Origin: Camelus ferus
Taxonomy: Eukaryota
Direction: 5' to 3'
Assembly (NCBI RefSeq): GCF_009834535.1
Contig: NC_045699.1
Coordinates: 64,666,001 to 64,730,000 of the forward strand
Length of the DNA stretch: 64,000 nt
The notes under the pieces were generated by a model, which was given only the letters and a program-made list of their open reading frames with translations, was not told where the DNA came from and ran no database searches. Below, in pieces: positions 36,685 through 50,329 of this stretch. Position 1 is the first letter of the stretch; each line of letters opens with the position of its first letter. A program made the translations under genes and the position numbers.

Positions 36685-39600
36685 ATAAAAGAACAAGCAT
36701 GTAACTTATCTGAGTCTTAGGTTCCTCATCCCTGAGGTACCTACCATCTACTTCAAAAAGACTTGTTTTGAAACTAAACAAGAACATTTTTAGTGTTTAA
36801 CAGAGACATTAAGTTATTTGCCCAAAATCATAGGGTGAGTAACAGAGCCAGATGTGAATTCATGTTTATTTATATTTAATAACCTATGTTACTAAGTCAG
36901 CTGCCTGACTCCAAAGCCCACTGTTCTTTGTACTATCCACACAGATCACCCACTTAGCCTCTCATCTTAATTCTTAAGGCTGAAGGTGGGGGCCAGAACC
37001 ATGCCAATCTCATTTGCTATTTAGTCAATAAATACTTACCGTAACCAAATTTTTAAAACTCAATACATACATTGCTGGTACTGATCTAAAATTCCATAAA
37101 AGAGAAGGCTCTCAGCTTCCAAGTGAGATCCCAGACTCTTGCCTTTCCAGAGTACAAAGCTAGGTCTACTCCTCACCCCCAATAACAGTGAAAGAAAGAA
37201 AAAACTTCTGAAATCTGAAATTTCCCAATTTTCTGCTGGAAATTAGATTCAAGCATGCTTACTCAGTAATCTACTCTCAGAAATAATATACTGAACTCTT
37301 GGAATAAAATTTTCAAAATAACATCCTTAACTTCTTAAACCCGCTACTCTCACTATGCCCTTAGCTTAAGCAGCACCTCCCCCAGGAAGCCTTCCCTGAT
37401 CTTAACCTCCACCTCTACATAGTCCTTCTCAACCCTTTGCCAAGCTTAGACTGATTACACTACACTACATTACACTAGTTTTGTCTTATGTTTCAACCAC
37501 TTACCAGCTCTGTAACTACACGTTTCTTGAAGGCAGATAACATGTTTTGTTCTCTGCTGTATTCCTAGTCCATACCACAGTACCTGGATAAAGCTCTCAA
37601 ACAACTGTCAAGTGAATAGACAAATGAATAAATGACTAATGACCCAATTATGGCTCTATCTTGGTGCTTCTGGTGGGGCCTATGAACAGCTCCTCGTCAT
37701 TCTCCATAGCTGCAGCAGAGCTACTCATAACCTGTAACAGACAACTTGCCATAGGGCTAGCTCTCCACCAGATTCTCCGCAAGCAGATGCTAAGACCACA
37801 GCTACTGTGCAGACTTTGGTTGCTCAGAAGCAAATTCAAGCTCATTCATTCTAAAGGTGCTTTATTCCCGGATAATACACTTAAGGAAACTGTTCATTTA
37901 AATAGCAAACACTGAGGTTGTATCATACACAATTACATGACCAATCTTGTAAAATGATCGCCTCGGCAGTTACGCTTCCATTCTTGATCCCCTATTTTCC
38001 ACAGACTGTACAAGACACTTTACACTAATCATCTACTTAAATACCTACATCAGCCCTACAAGGTAAACAGCATATGATCAGTCTCCATCTTAAGACTGAG
38101 GAACTGAGATTCAGAGGGGTAAGTAACTTGTCCAAAGGCACCACAGGGTAAATTTACAGTTTGAACCCAAATCTGTTAGATGCACCCAAATCTTTGGATC
38201 CCTACACTAAACTGCCCTCAAGTAAAAGACATCTGTCTTACCTGCTTCATAAGATATTGTCAATCAACTGAAAATTAAGCTAAGGGGTCAATCATCCAAT
38301 AACTTAAAATCTAGTGTTAGGTTTTCCATCCAGCATTATATATAGATACACAATCAACCCCCAAAATAAAAGGGGCTTCAAGAATCAAAGCTGTCATAAT
38401 GAGTAAGAGTTAAACAATCCTAAGTGATACTGTCATGAGAAATTTTAAGTCACTGTTAGAAGGTGGCCTTTTTCAAAAACAGTTATTCAAAATGACAGAG
38501 CAGAAGGATAAAATGAACATCTGTTAACAGGGTGGTTAAAGGTTAGGGAAGCAGACCAGAAAGAAGAGAGAAAAAAAAGTCTCTTATTCCAAAAATAACA
38601 GACCATATGCAAAGTTAGTCCCTTGACAACTTATATGAAATACAAAAAATATGGAAAATAGGGGAAATTTTACAGGAATTCTCTTTTTATAAAAAAGTTG
38701 TCAAGTAAAAAAGTTCAAATCATTAGTAACTAGACCACAGAATATATGAAATATAATCTAAGAAACAGCACCTTGTGTGTAGTTCCCTAGACTTACCACA
38801 TTTGCACTGAAAAGCAATTTCTCTAGTGAAATCATTCCAATCTATGCATAGCTACATACTTTAATAAAGTAACTAAAGTTAAACCTCACTTAAAATTAGA
38901 ATTAACTATGTGTTAGGTTATCGTCACTAAAGACATCTGATTTAATGCTTAATTATTCCAACCTTAAAAGAAATATATAAATGGTGTCCATTCTTAAGTT
39001 ATTTCCCATTCTCCTTTATGAAAATATTTGAAGATGCTGGCATTTTAATACTGCAAATCCACACTGTTTCTATGACACATGCTTGCTTTTCTTCTTCTAA
39101 AAGATTAATGAGCCTTCACTTAAATGCATTTCTAGTCTGTCAGTCCTGACGATTCAAAGGTTTTACAATTTACCTTGGAATAAAATTTTAACAGAGAAGG
39201 CAATTGTCTATTCTTTATACCTGTTGTGGAAGCTCAGTTAGCATCCCCAGGTTGCATACAATTTCCTGAAGAGACCAAATTAAACAGAGCCCAGAGATAA
39301 TGTTCTAAATTCAGCAACCAGCACAATTCCTACATCTTTCCTGTGGCATCTTTATAGCTTCCTACTACAATACTGTTTCATCATAGATTTAACTAACACT
39401 ACCTCCTTCCCTCTCTTCTGACTACAGATTCTTAATATAGAATGTGTTCTTCACTCTTATTTTAAATGACAAAAATGGATTACCTGAGAAGTGGATTAGG
39501 AATGATATATAATATGTAATCACAAAAACAATGCAATGAGGAAATAACCTAAGTGAATTACATAGCTCATCTATACATCTTAATACAACTTAATAAAGGT

Positions 39601-39759
39601 TTTACATTCCCTATACCTAGGTAGAGAGATAAAAAAAATATAATTTAGTTAATACTATGAATCCTATACACATTCTATTGGTGACAAGAACTATGATTAA
39701 CCCCGTGCCAGGCACTGGTTACCAACATGCATAATTTCATTTAATAATAACAGTAATAA

Positions 39760-39990
39760 TAAAATCATACCTAAACACAAATTGTGTTCACTATGCCTAT
39801 GTTCCAGACACCGTTCTAAGCACATTGCACACATTACTCTATTTAATCCTCACAACAACTCTACGAGGTAAGTACTATTATCATCTCGAAATCACAGGAA
39901 ACTGAGGCTTTAAAAAGTTAACTTACTTACAATGTAAGTGAAGCAGTGATAGAATCATAACTGAAATTTAGGTTGGAATATCAAGTCAAG
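39760..39990 (-). mobile_element. MIR
   Basis: ccagacaccgttctaagcac...atttaatcctcacaacaactctacgaggtaagtactattatc...gaaactgaggc. Confidence 0.7.
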
Positions 39991-40761
39991 CAAGTTCTTA
40001 CCCTCTAAGTAATATCATCCACTATCATTTTATCACCCCACCCCAAAACAACACTTCAAGGATTTACTGTGACTTAAGACAGAGAGCAGGTATTTACACT
40101 TCTCCATACTGAGGAGCATCACATAAAACCTTATCTCCAAAACATTTATAAACTTCAGATAGACCCAAATCAACCTTGCTGCTATCTGCCAAATCCATCA
40201 CCCAGCCCACCATGCCTTTTTTTATGTTATTTACCTCTGCCTAAAACAGTCTCTACAATCTCCACTCTCAACAAATTCTGCCCAGAGTGCAGAGTTCCAC
40301 ACCCTTCACAGGACACTCTTTGGCACTTCCAGACAATTATAAAATTCTCTTTGCATAAACTCTTTCAGTAATTACTGCAAGCTAGCACCATTTTAGCTAT
40401 TAATCATATACTATCTCATATTGCAAGCCAAATGTTTTTGGCATGCTTTTCTCCAAACTATAAATTGAGGATCAGAATTACGTCTCAAAATCTGGTACCC
40501 ACCTTAATCCCTGGCACAGTATTATACATATAACAGAACTCAATAAATACCATCGAACAGATGAGTATGTACTTTTATTGAGAAGCAATAAGGCAAAGTG
40601 GGAAAAGTACAGGTGCTGATGTCCAACAGACCTGGATTTTAATCTACCGTTTGCTAACTGACATTGGCAGGTTGTTCTGAGTTTCTATTCCCATCTGTAC
40701 AAACAAAAATAAAGCCTTTACCTCACAGGGTTGTTATAAAATTTAAATGAGAGGAAAAAAG

Positions 40762-41340
40762 ACAGATTACCTTCAAAGGAGAGACAGACTGACAGCTCTC
40801 AATGTTTATTAACAGATACCAGAAAACAGAAGAATGGTATCTTCAATGTGCTTGGAGAAAATAATTTCCAATACAGAATTCTATACCCAGAGAATGTATC
40901 CCTCAGGAATGAATGCATATAAAGGTACTTATAGAAAAACAAACACTGAGAGAGTTTGCCACCAGCAGACTTGTACTAAAAGAAATTCTAAAGGCTGTTC
41001 AAGCATAAAGAAAATTATCAAAGATACAAAAAGATCAGAGATCCAGACAGGAAAAGAGCAAAGAAAATGATAAATACATGGGTAAATCCAAATGAGTATT
41101 AACTGTTATAGCAAAACTGACTTGTGGAGCTTTAATATATAGAATAAAATATACAACTATAATAAAAGCATAAGCATATAACTTCAGATGAGGGTAAAGG
41201 AAGTTAAAGGTTGTAAGATGTATACATTGCCAGGATAATGGGTAATGCTATCAATAATAAACTCCAATAAGTCAAAGACATATGACTGAATTTCCTAAGA
41301 AAACCACCAAAAGAACTGATAAAGACTGTATAACTGAGGG
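40762..41340 (+). mobile_element. Ancient L1M ORF1 C-terminus and inter-ORF relic
   Basis: cagattaccttcaaagga...agaattctatacccag...actgagagagtttgccaccagcagac...aaagaaattctaaagg. Confidence 0.65.
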
Positions 41341-42559
41341 AGGGGGAGATTTATTTTTTTAAATACCCCAGTCTCCTACTTTTTTTTTTCCACCTGTGTC
41401 TTTTTTTCAGGAGTCCAGGCCAAATGCCTTACAGAATATCCCTACATTATGTTCCTCTGATTATTTCCTCATTTCTGGCAATAATACAACCAAAGGTGAT
41501 ATAATGTAATTCTCACTGCACTAAGTAGGGAGTAACTGATGTCAGCTCATTGATTCTAAGTTTAATTACTTGGTTAAGGTGGTGAATGCCATATTGTAAG
41601 ATTATTTTCCCTTTTGTAAGGATTTTCCCTTCTTATCCAAAGAAGACTCCCCCTCTCCCCATCCCCTTTGTGGTATAAGCTGTCAGAAGCAAGATTCGAG
41701 CTACTTCATAAATGTTCTATATCTGATTTCTGAGACAAAAAGAACAAAAGTGCTAGAGTAGAACAACAACAATAAAGCAGAAGAGAAGGTGAACAAGTCA
41801 CTCTGGAGATTAGAGTCATTCAAAATTCCATGTGGACTCACATTGGCAGAAGCTGCATTTCCTCTCTGTCATAAATTATACTCCACAATATACATTTTAA
41901 AAGTTCTGAATCTTGGATTACCACAGAATAAAATATGCAGAGAATAAGAAAAAAATCTACTTACATTTTTACATTAGTTCTACTCTTTATAAGAAAGATT
42001 TGATCTCCTGTTAGGAAGAAATTACGCACTCAGGGGATAAAGCTACCAGATAAACACCACCCCATGCCTTGTCTAATCTGTGGCCAGTCATGAGCCCAGA
42101 TCTTTTATTGTAACTGTTTCCTAAGAGTTAGGTACACCTTCAAAGAAAAATACAATTCTTCATTCACAGAATCAAATAGCTTTCATTAACTCACTCCCAG
42201 TTCAGGAACTAAAAGGACTATTACCTACAGAATCCAATCAGATTCTACCTGACTTAATTCCACACTGTCACCACAGTTTCCAATATACCAGTCATTTCTA
42301 ATTCCAATCAGATCACTGAATTCTCTCCCCCTATAATGCCAAGATTATTTCAGCCTACAGACATGTTTTTATTCATTTTTTTCATGCAACTTTCACTGAG
42401 CATTTACTATGTATACCCTATATTCTGTACTTAATACTAAGATAGAGATAAGTAAAACATGGAATCTCATATCAAAGAGTTAATAATAGAGAGATGCAAG
42501 CGACTGATTAGGTAGAATCAAATATTATAACTGGAGTAAAAAGTTTGACTAAAAGGACA

Positions 42560-43830
42560 AGATGTCAAAAAGATCAATGCACCCAACTGGAACTCACAGG
42601 CACTGCTAACTGGAGTACAGAGTAGGAAAACTACTTTAGAAAACTTTCTGGCATTCTCTCCTAAAGCTGAACATATACAGAATCCATGATCCATTAATTC
42701 CGCTCCATGTTACACACCCACAGAAAAGTGCACATACGTAAACCAAAAGACATGTGCAAGAATGTTCACAGCAGCAAATTTCTGCTGTATAGCACAGGGA
42801 ATTATGTTCAATATCTTGTAATTACCTTTAATGAAAAAGAATATGAAAATGAATATATGTATGTATATGCATGACTGGGACACTGTGCTGTAATTGTAAT
42901 CGACAGATTGTAACTGACTATACTTTAAAGACAAACAAACAAGAAAACAGAAAGGTCAGCTCCAATGTCAGGGCCATGATAGTGAAGGAAACACTGTGAG
43001 ACTACTGTTCCAAACTGAAGGAGATTAAGGGATAAGATTCTTGGCTAAAGAAAGGCATGATTGGGACCATCAGTAAAACTTAAATGTGGCCTGAGGCTTA
43101 GAAGATGGTAATGCGTAAATGTTAACCTTCTGATTTTGACAACTGTATTGTGGCTCTGTAAGAAAACACACTTGTTGAGGAATTATGCACCTGACTAGGA
43201 GGAATGGGGCATCAGGTCAACAATTTATTCTCAATTAGTTCAGAGGGAAAAAAAACTTTTTTAATTGTACTTTCAACTTTTCCATAAGTTTAAGATGATT
43301 GCAAAATTGTAAAATAAATTTCTAAAACTCAGTGCAAAAAATATTCATGGAATGAATAAATTCTACCCTGTATGGATACAAAAATAATAATAATAATAAT
43401 AATGTTCACAGCAGCATTTACTTGAATTAGTCACAAACTGGAAATAACCCATATGTCCTTCAACAGTAAGGAGTGTTCTATTTATACAATGGGCCAACGT
43501 GAAATGAACTTCTGCCACGCACAAGAGCAGGGATGAAGCTCACAAATACTGAAAGAAATCACACATACAAAACATAACATACAGCTTTGATCACATAAAG
43601 TCAGAAAACAGGCAAAACTAGTCAAAGTTAGGTCAGTGGTTATGTGGCGGAGGAGGGGAGTGAGCAGTTTCCACGAGGGGGAACATAAAGAGATTTCTGG
43701 GGTGCTGGTAATGTTCTATTTCTTCTTCTGGATACTGGTTAAAAGGATGAATTCACTTCATGAAAATTCATCAAGCTGTATATACGTAAGATTTATGTAC
43801 TTTGTTTTATTATACTTCAATTAAAAATTT
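42560..43830 (+). mobile_element. L1ME-type 3' relic interrupted by a TSD-flanked insertion at 42777-43400
   Basis: Consensus-like gacatgtgcaagaatgttcacagcagca continues after the insert as ...gcagcatttacttgaattagtcacaaactggaaataacccatatgtcc. Confidence 0.7.
42777..43400 (+). mobile_element. 5'-truncated young L1 tail plus 3'-transduced flank and (AAT)n tail
   Basis: 42777-42926 matches the reverse complement of the 5490-5729 L1; 16-bp direct repeat aatgttcacagcagca at 42761-42776 and 43401-43416; AATAAA at 43355-43360, 19 nt before the A-rich tail. Confidence 0.75.
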
Positions 43831-43984
43831 ACCTAAAAAAGACAGATGAGAAAGGGAAGTAAACTAACATTTACACCCTACTAAGCAGAAAGCACCTATT
43901 AAGTTTGAGACACTGTACCAAAATTATTTTATCTAATCACAACCACCTCTGGAGGTAGATGTATGTCATCACCTTTAGCAGCCC

Positions 43985-44358
43985 CACATCTGAATCCGCT
44001 TTCCATGTTTAGGGAATACCCCACCTTATGAGACAGAGCCCACCTCCAGAAGGTGATGCAAAAAGTATGGCTCAATGAACCACTGAGTCCTCAGAGAACC
44101 CATTCCGGCAAGAGCTAGCAGCAGAGTAGCATCATCTGGTTTCTAGAGACAGAAGTTCTACTTAGTGTCCAGCATCCCCTGAGTGTTGGCATTGAAACTC
44201 CAGCATCTGTGCCTAGGATAACATATCCAGATACAGAACTTCTCAGACTGTTTCTCCAGCCCTCTAAAATATTCTGTGAACCACCTAAAAATATTCTATT
44301 CAAAATCAGTTTGCCAGAATCAATTTCTGTAGCTTGTAACTACAAATCCTGACCAATA
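43985..44358 (+). mobile_element. MaLR (MLT1-type) LTR relic
   Basis: 3' end cagtttgccagaatcaatttctgtagcttgtaactacaaatcctgaccaata resembles the MLT1 terminus; it splits a MIR. Confidence 0.55.
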
Positions 44359-44384
44359 GTCTCATTTAATAAAAGTGAAAAAAG

Positions 44385-44529
44385 ATTCACCACTTTGAAA
44401 TATAGTTTGGCAATTTTTCATAGTTAAATTCACTTACATATAACCAGCAATATCACTCCTAGGTATTTACCCATGAGAAATGAAGACATATGTCCACCCC
44501 CAAAAAATTATATATATAATATTATATAA

Positions 44530-44561
<32 letters not shown>

Positions 44562-45025
44562 AATACAGGAAAATGTTTATAGGAACTTTACTCACAATGG
44601 CTAAGAACTAGAAAAAACTGAAAGATCCACCAACTAGTGAATGAATAAACAAATTGCAGTATATCCATACACTGGAGTAATACTCAGCAGTAAAAAGATA
44701 TCAGCTCCTGAAACATGCAATAACATGTATGAAACTCAAAAGCGTTAGGCTAAATGAAAGAGGCTTGACTCAAAAGGAGTCATACTTAAATGACTCCATG
44801 CATGTGACATTCTGGAAAAAGCATAACTATAGGGATAGAAATTAGATCAGCAGTTGCCAGGGACAAGAGATAAAAGACTGACTACAAAGGGACCCAAGGA
44901 ACTTTCTGCAGTGATGGAAATACTTTGTATCTTGATTGTGGTGGTGGTAACATGACTGAACAAAATTCATGGAACTGTATACCCAAAAGGGTGAATTTTA
45001 CTATATGTAAAGTGTACCTCAATAA
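44385..45025 (+). mobile_element. L1MB/MC 3' end
   Basis: ccactttgaaatatagtttggc...ctcctaggtatttacccatgagaaatgaagac...gggtgaattttactatatgtaaagtgtacctcaataaa. Confidence 0.75.
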
Positions 45026-46654
45026 AAATGACTGAAAAAAGAGACTCACAGGTGGCCACAAATCTTGCTCAATGTCATATATACAGCAAGAAGTAGATTC
45101 AAACTCAGGTCCTAATTCAAATGCCCATGCCTTGAAAGACAGATTTTGCTAAAGGCACAGAGAAGAGGGGAACAGGAAAATTATTTCCCAAGCCGCTCTT
45201 TTTCTCCCCAAAACTTTGCTTATCAAAAATTTTCAAGGCCTGCCTCAGACACTATCTTCCACATATAACTATCCATCATTTGCTCATTCCACAAATACTT
45301 CCTGAATGGCTACTATGTGCCATCCACTGTTCTAAACACTTTAAGACACATCAGTGAACAAAACAAAAATCCCTGTCCCCACAGAGCTTCATTCTAGCAG
45401 AGGGGTTGGGATGGAGAACAATGTATCATAAACATCATAAATAAGTTAATAATGCAGCCATCAATGTTACAGTTAAGTGCTATGCAAAAAAAAGAGCAGA
45501 GTTAAGAGGAACCCCAAAGTGTATGAAAAGATAGTTATAGAATTAAAAATTATAGTAAACTTAATTGACAAGATAAGTTTTGAGCAGATTTGAAAGAAGT
45601 GAAGGATATTTGAAGCAGAAGGAACAGCAAATGCAAAGGCCATGAGTCTAAAGCATGCCTAGGCTGTTTGAAAAATAGCAAGAAGGTGAATACAGGGAAC
45701 CAGAGGAAACAGATGAGGTCAAAGAAGTAATAGGGTCAGACGAAACAGGGCCTTGTTTGGCTATTACTGAGTGAAAGGGGAGTCAATGTAGGGCTTGGAC
45801 AGAAAATGAGTATGATCTGACACATTCCTGAAGGATGATTCCAGCTACTGTGTCGAGATAGACTGTTGGAGGCAAAGGTATATACAGCAGGGGTTCTGAA
45901 AAGCAATCTTTTACGAAGATCCACATAAGAGATGATAATCAGACCAAGATGATGGCAACAGTGGAGGTGGTGAGAAGTGTTCCAACTCTGCATATACTTT
46001 GAACGTAAAGCTAAATGAACCTCCTAGCAGACTGGATGTGTCACGTGAGAAAGGAGGAGTGGAGGTTAATGTCATGGTTTTTGGCCTGAACAACTGAAGG
46101 ATGAAATTGTCTCTAGAACTAGAAAGACCTACAGGTGGAGCATGTTATGAAGAGAAGGAGAAGGTTTTGGTTTTAGGCATGTTCCACGTCAGATATCTAT
46201 TAGACATCCTGGTGAGGCTGAGTAGGCAGTTGGATATATGGCTCTGAACTACAAAAAGAGAGACCTCAGAGATACCGACTTGGGGGCCACTGCAGGACAG
46301 TAGTAGAAGATGTGCAAGTATAGACAGGACCCCCAATGGGAATTCCTATTTTTAAAAGTAAGGAGAAAGGAAGAAATAACAAAGGAAACTTACAAGGATT
46401 GACCAATAAAATGAGGGGCTAGGAAGGAGAGAAAAGAATGTGTAGTATTCTGGAAGCCAAAAGTGAAAAAAGTATACAGAGGAGGAATGAGTAATCAACT
46501 ATGTCAAATGTTGTTTATAGGTCAGACACAAGGAAGACTGAGAACTGACTGAATTTCGGTACTTTGATGTTACTGAAGACCTTGTCAAAGGCAGTTTTCA
46601 GTCTAAGAGGAGGAGAAAAAGTCTGACTCAGTCAAGTTGGCTTAAGAGAGAATG

Positions 46655-47295
46655 AGACGGAGAAACTGGAACCCTCATACACTGCTGGTGGGAATTTAAA
46701 ATGCAGTCCCTTTGAAACAGTTTGATAGTTCCTCAAAATGTTAAACATAAGCAATTCTATTCCTAGGTATGCACCCAAGAGAACTGAATCACACTTACAC
46801 AAATATATGAATATGAATATGAATATATCAGTGTATTTCATGATGGCCAAAAAATGGAAACAACCCAAATGTCCAAAAACTGATGGGTAAACAAAATGTG
46901 GTACTCATCCATGCAATGGAATATGATGCAGTCATAAAAAGGAATGTAGTACTTATAAATATTGCAACATAGTGAACCTGGAAAACACACTAGGCAAAAG
47001 AAGTCAGACACAAAGGTCACATACTGTATGATTCCCTTTATGTGAAATTTCCAGAACAGGCAGATCCATAGAGACACAGGCAGATTCCAACAGAATAGGC
47101 AGAGCCACGGATTGGGACACAAAATGAATAGTGAGTGACTGCTAAGAGGTACAGGGTTTCTTATGGGATGATGAAAATGTTCTGTAATTAGATATGGTGA
47201 TAGATGCACAACTTTGTGAATATCCTAAAAACTACTGAACTGTGCACTTTAAATTGTGAATTTTATGGTATGTGAATTATATCTCAATAAAAAAT
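46655..47295 (+). mobile_element. L1MB-type 3' end
   Basis: gagaaactggaaccctcatacactgctggtgggaat...gatgaaaatgttctg...tgaattttatggtatgtgaattatatctcaataaa. Confidence 0.8.
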
Positions 47296-47299
47296 AATA

Positions 47300-47430
47300 G
47301 GGGGGAGGGTATAGCTCAGTGGTAGAGTGTGTGCTTAGCATGTATGAGGTCCTGGGTTCAATCCCCAGGACCTCCACTAAAAATAAATAAGTAAATCTAA
47401 TTACCTCCCCCCTCCCCCCCCAAAAAATAA
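47300..47430 (+). mobile_element. Vic-1-type camelid tRNA-derived SINE
   Basis: ggggagggtatagctcagtggtagag (A box 47312-47322), ggttcaatccc (B box 47355-47365), cctccact, aaaaataaataa, ctaattacctcccc tail as in the Vic-1 consensus; inserted in an L1 A-tail. Confidence 0.9.
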
Positions 47431-49131
47431 GAGGAAGAGCGACAGTAAGAGGAAAGAAATTAGAAACAGTTGAATAGAGAAGACTTTCTAAACGTTCAAC
47501 TACAATGTGGGGTAAATAAATGGCAGTACAAGTGGGATAAAGAAAGTATTCGTTAAAGTGGGGAAAATAACATGTTTATATGCTGATGGACGATCCAACA
47601 GGAAGTAAAAACGTGATGCAGGAGAACTGGAGGGGGGTTGATTCTTGGAGCAATATCCTTGACTAGTTGAGAAAGGGGTGGTATTTAGCACACAAGTAAA
47701 GCGATTGCCTTTGACAGATGCACAGATGTTTTATCTATGCTAACAGGAGTAAGGGTAGAATGCAGAGGCAGAGTGCTTCAGTTTTCTTAGTGAAGTAGGA
47801 AGTTTCTTAGGAAGCAAGGTCATCAGCTGAATGGGAGGGAAGGTGTTATGGGCTTAAAGGGAAAGGTGACGGTGTAAAGGAGCGATCTAGGAGAGGTATA
47901 GAGTGAATGGACTAGGTACATATGATTGCCTGGCAGCATTAAGGACCCACTTGAGGTTCAAGGTCATGAATTTAAAATCAGCACAGATGTTGGAGTGTGT
48001 GTGCGCGCTCACGTGCACACATGTATTTCCCAGCAATGTTCAGATGCACAGGTACAGAGTAGGAGTCAGATTTAACAAGGATTATAAGTTTTGCCAAGTG
48101 AGTATAAAAAAGCAAGAAGGGCATGGGAGTTGGGGGTATATGCAGAAGAGTTTGTATAATGACTGAGTATGGAATTTACACTGGGTGAGGAAGGGAGTGA
48201 GAACACCAAGAAGATAGAGACAATGAAAAAAATGGATCTGAGGCCCATGGTCTGACTAAGGTCCAGGGAATACCAGATCACTAGAGGAGAATTCAAGGAA
48301 CCAGAAATCAGTGAGTTAGAAGAATCATCTATGTATAAGTCATACCTAAATGCTCAAGCCCAAGAAATCATTCCAGTTTCTGAACAGCAAATGAATTCTA
48401 ATAATTATCAAATAATTTTGTGCTCTGCTGTCATTTATTTGCCATCTGAAACTCAAAACACTAGCATGCTTAGTACTAGTCCCATGCATTTTCATCTATT
48501 TATCTATTTATTTAGTAACTCATATAAATTTCCTAATATACTCCTGGCATATTCCAGGTACTTTAATAAATACTCATTGATGGATACAGAAACCTGATGA
48601 GTTATAAAGCCAGGCAGTGAGGGAATGAAAAGACAGATAAGTGAGCAACTGTCCTTTTCATATCACATACATCAGAGACAATTTCTCATCATTTACAGCT
48701 GTCTGCCTTTCAGACTACATCACACACACAATTCATTTACCAATCATTGTCCTTCATATTTACTATTCAAAGACACTGCAGCAGATGAGGCAATTTTCTA
48801 TGTTTGGCTGCAAGAACTATACATTATTAATAATTAAAATTGGAGAGGACAAAGCCATTTCATCAAAGGAAATCTTCAGTTTTAAAATTGTTTTAACTAA
48901 AAATAGCTCGTATTTTCCACATATGCTTCTTTAAGAATACGTGTGCATCATTATTTTAACAAAAAGCATACTTTTTAAAATTTCAGGTATTAAAGGGGGG
49001 AAAGCACAAGGCATAAGAATTATGTCCCCCAAAATATAAACATATTGAAATCTAAAGCAATTACAAAATCCTCTCTGCACAACTCTAACTCTCCATCACA
49101 GACGTAGGGTATAAGTAACTTTTCTGTAACC

Positions 49132-49305
49132 CAGTGGTTCTCATTTCCGTGCATTCGAATAAGAGGCACAGGAAGATTTTTAAGCTAGATGTTGTGCCCT
49201 CATACCTCCAGGGACCAATTTAATTGGCCCGGGGTGGGATCTAGGCTATCAGGATTTTTTCTAACTCTCCAGAAGATCCTAACTGACAGCCAGGCAGAAC
49301 TACAG
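49132..49305 (+). mobile_element. MER5-type hAT-Charlie MITE
   Basis: cagtggttctc...ggggtgggatctaggctatcaggatttttt. Confidence 0.55.
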
Positions 49306-50329
49306 AGCTAATCTAATCCTTTCATCTGTATCAGCAGCCCATACTTCTCTCTCAGACTTCAGATTTCATATCCAACTGCCTTCTACACATCTCCATCTGG
49401 AAGGTCACATGGATACCCCAAATGCCAATGTTCAATCCTAAAGTTGGCATCTTTTTCCCAAAGCATATTTTGTTTCTTTTTGTTCTTTAATATTTTAGAT
49501 TATAAAATATAACTTAGATACAGAAAAATGCCTAATTCATCTAAGCACAATTTAACAGTCCTAAAAAAAAGTGTCCTTTTAATTATCAGCCAGATCAAGA
49601 AATATACCACTAACAGCACCTCAATATCCTGTTTTTCTTATGTTGGCTGGATCCCATCCATTCAGTCACTATCAGAAGATCAGGAGGAGTCATCTTAAGA
49701 TTTCTCCTTCTCCACTTAACATTCAATAAATTCCAAGTATTGAACATTTTACTGCCTAAGCATCTCCCCTCTTCCTTTTCACTGTCATTTTCTTAGCCCA
49801 GGTTCTCATGAGGATGAACTTGCCTCCAGTTTAACCAATGAAATGATTTCATAAGGAAACAAACCTGATTGTCACCTACTCTTCCTTGTTTCCCTTATCT
49901 TCACAAAATTAGGTTCTCCTTTGAACTGGCCCTGATCTACATCTATCTAAATATCTATCTATTCTACTACCCACCTATATATCTACCTACCTACTTACAT
50001 TTCTCCCTCTCCCCGCCACCTCTGACAAACCTGCCCCACATCAAAAATTATACTACAAATGTGCTAACATGCTTACCATTACCTATTTACACTATGCCAC
50101 TTCCTGTCTTTCTACTGCTGTTCTGTAATGCATATAACCTCTTCTCCCACTGCTGAACTTGAACTTATCTTTCAAAACCCACAGCCACCAATTTCTCCAG
50201 GAAGCTGTCCCTGACCACGATAATATCCTTAAATAGGGATTCATTCCCCTCTATGCAATTTCGACACCCTGTTCTTTCTGTAGAATTATTTATCACACCT
50301 GTAGTTAGAAGCATTTTTTCAGTGTCAGC

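Larger units (their letters stand above)
45285..48330 (-). mobile_element. Long L2 relic interrupted by L1MB and SINE insertions
   Basis: cattccacaaatacttcctgaatggctactatgtgcc...agtgaacaaaacaaaaatccctg; L2-like sequence resumes after 47430. Confidence 0.65.

Noticed and set aside
47300-47376. tRNA-Ala-like sequence with A and B boxes
   Set aside because: It continues into the Vic-1 SINE tail and sits in an L1 A-tail; it is a SINE, not a tRNA gene.
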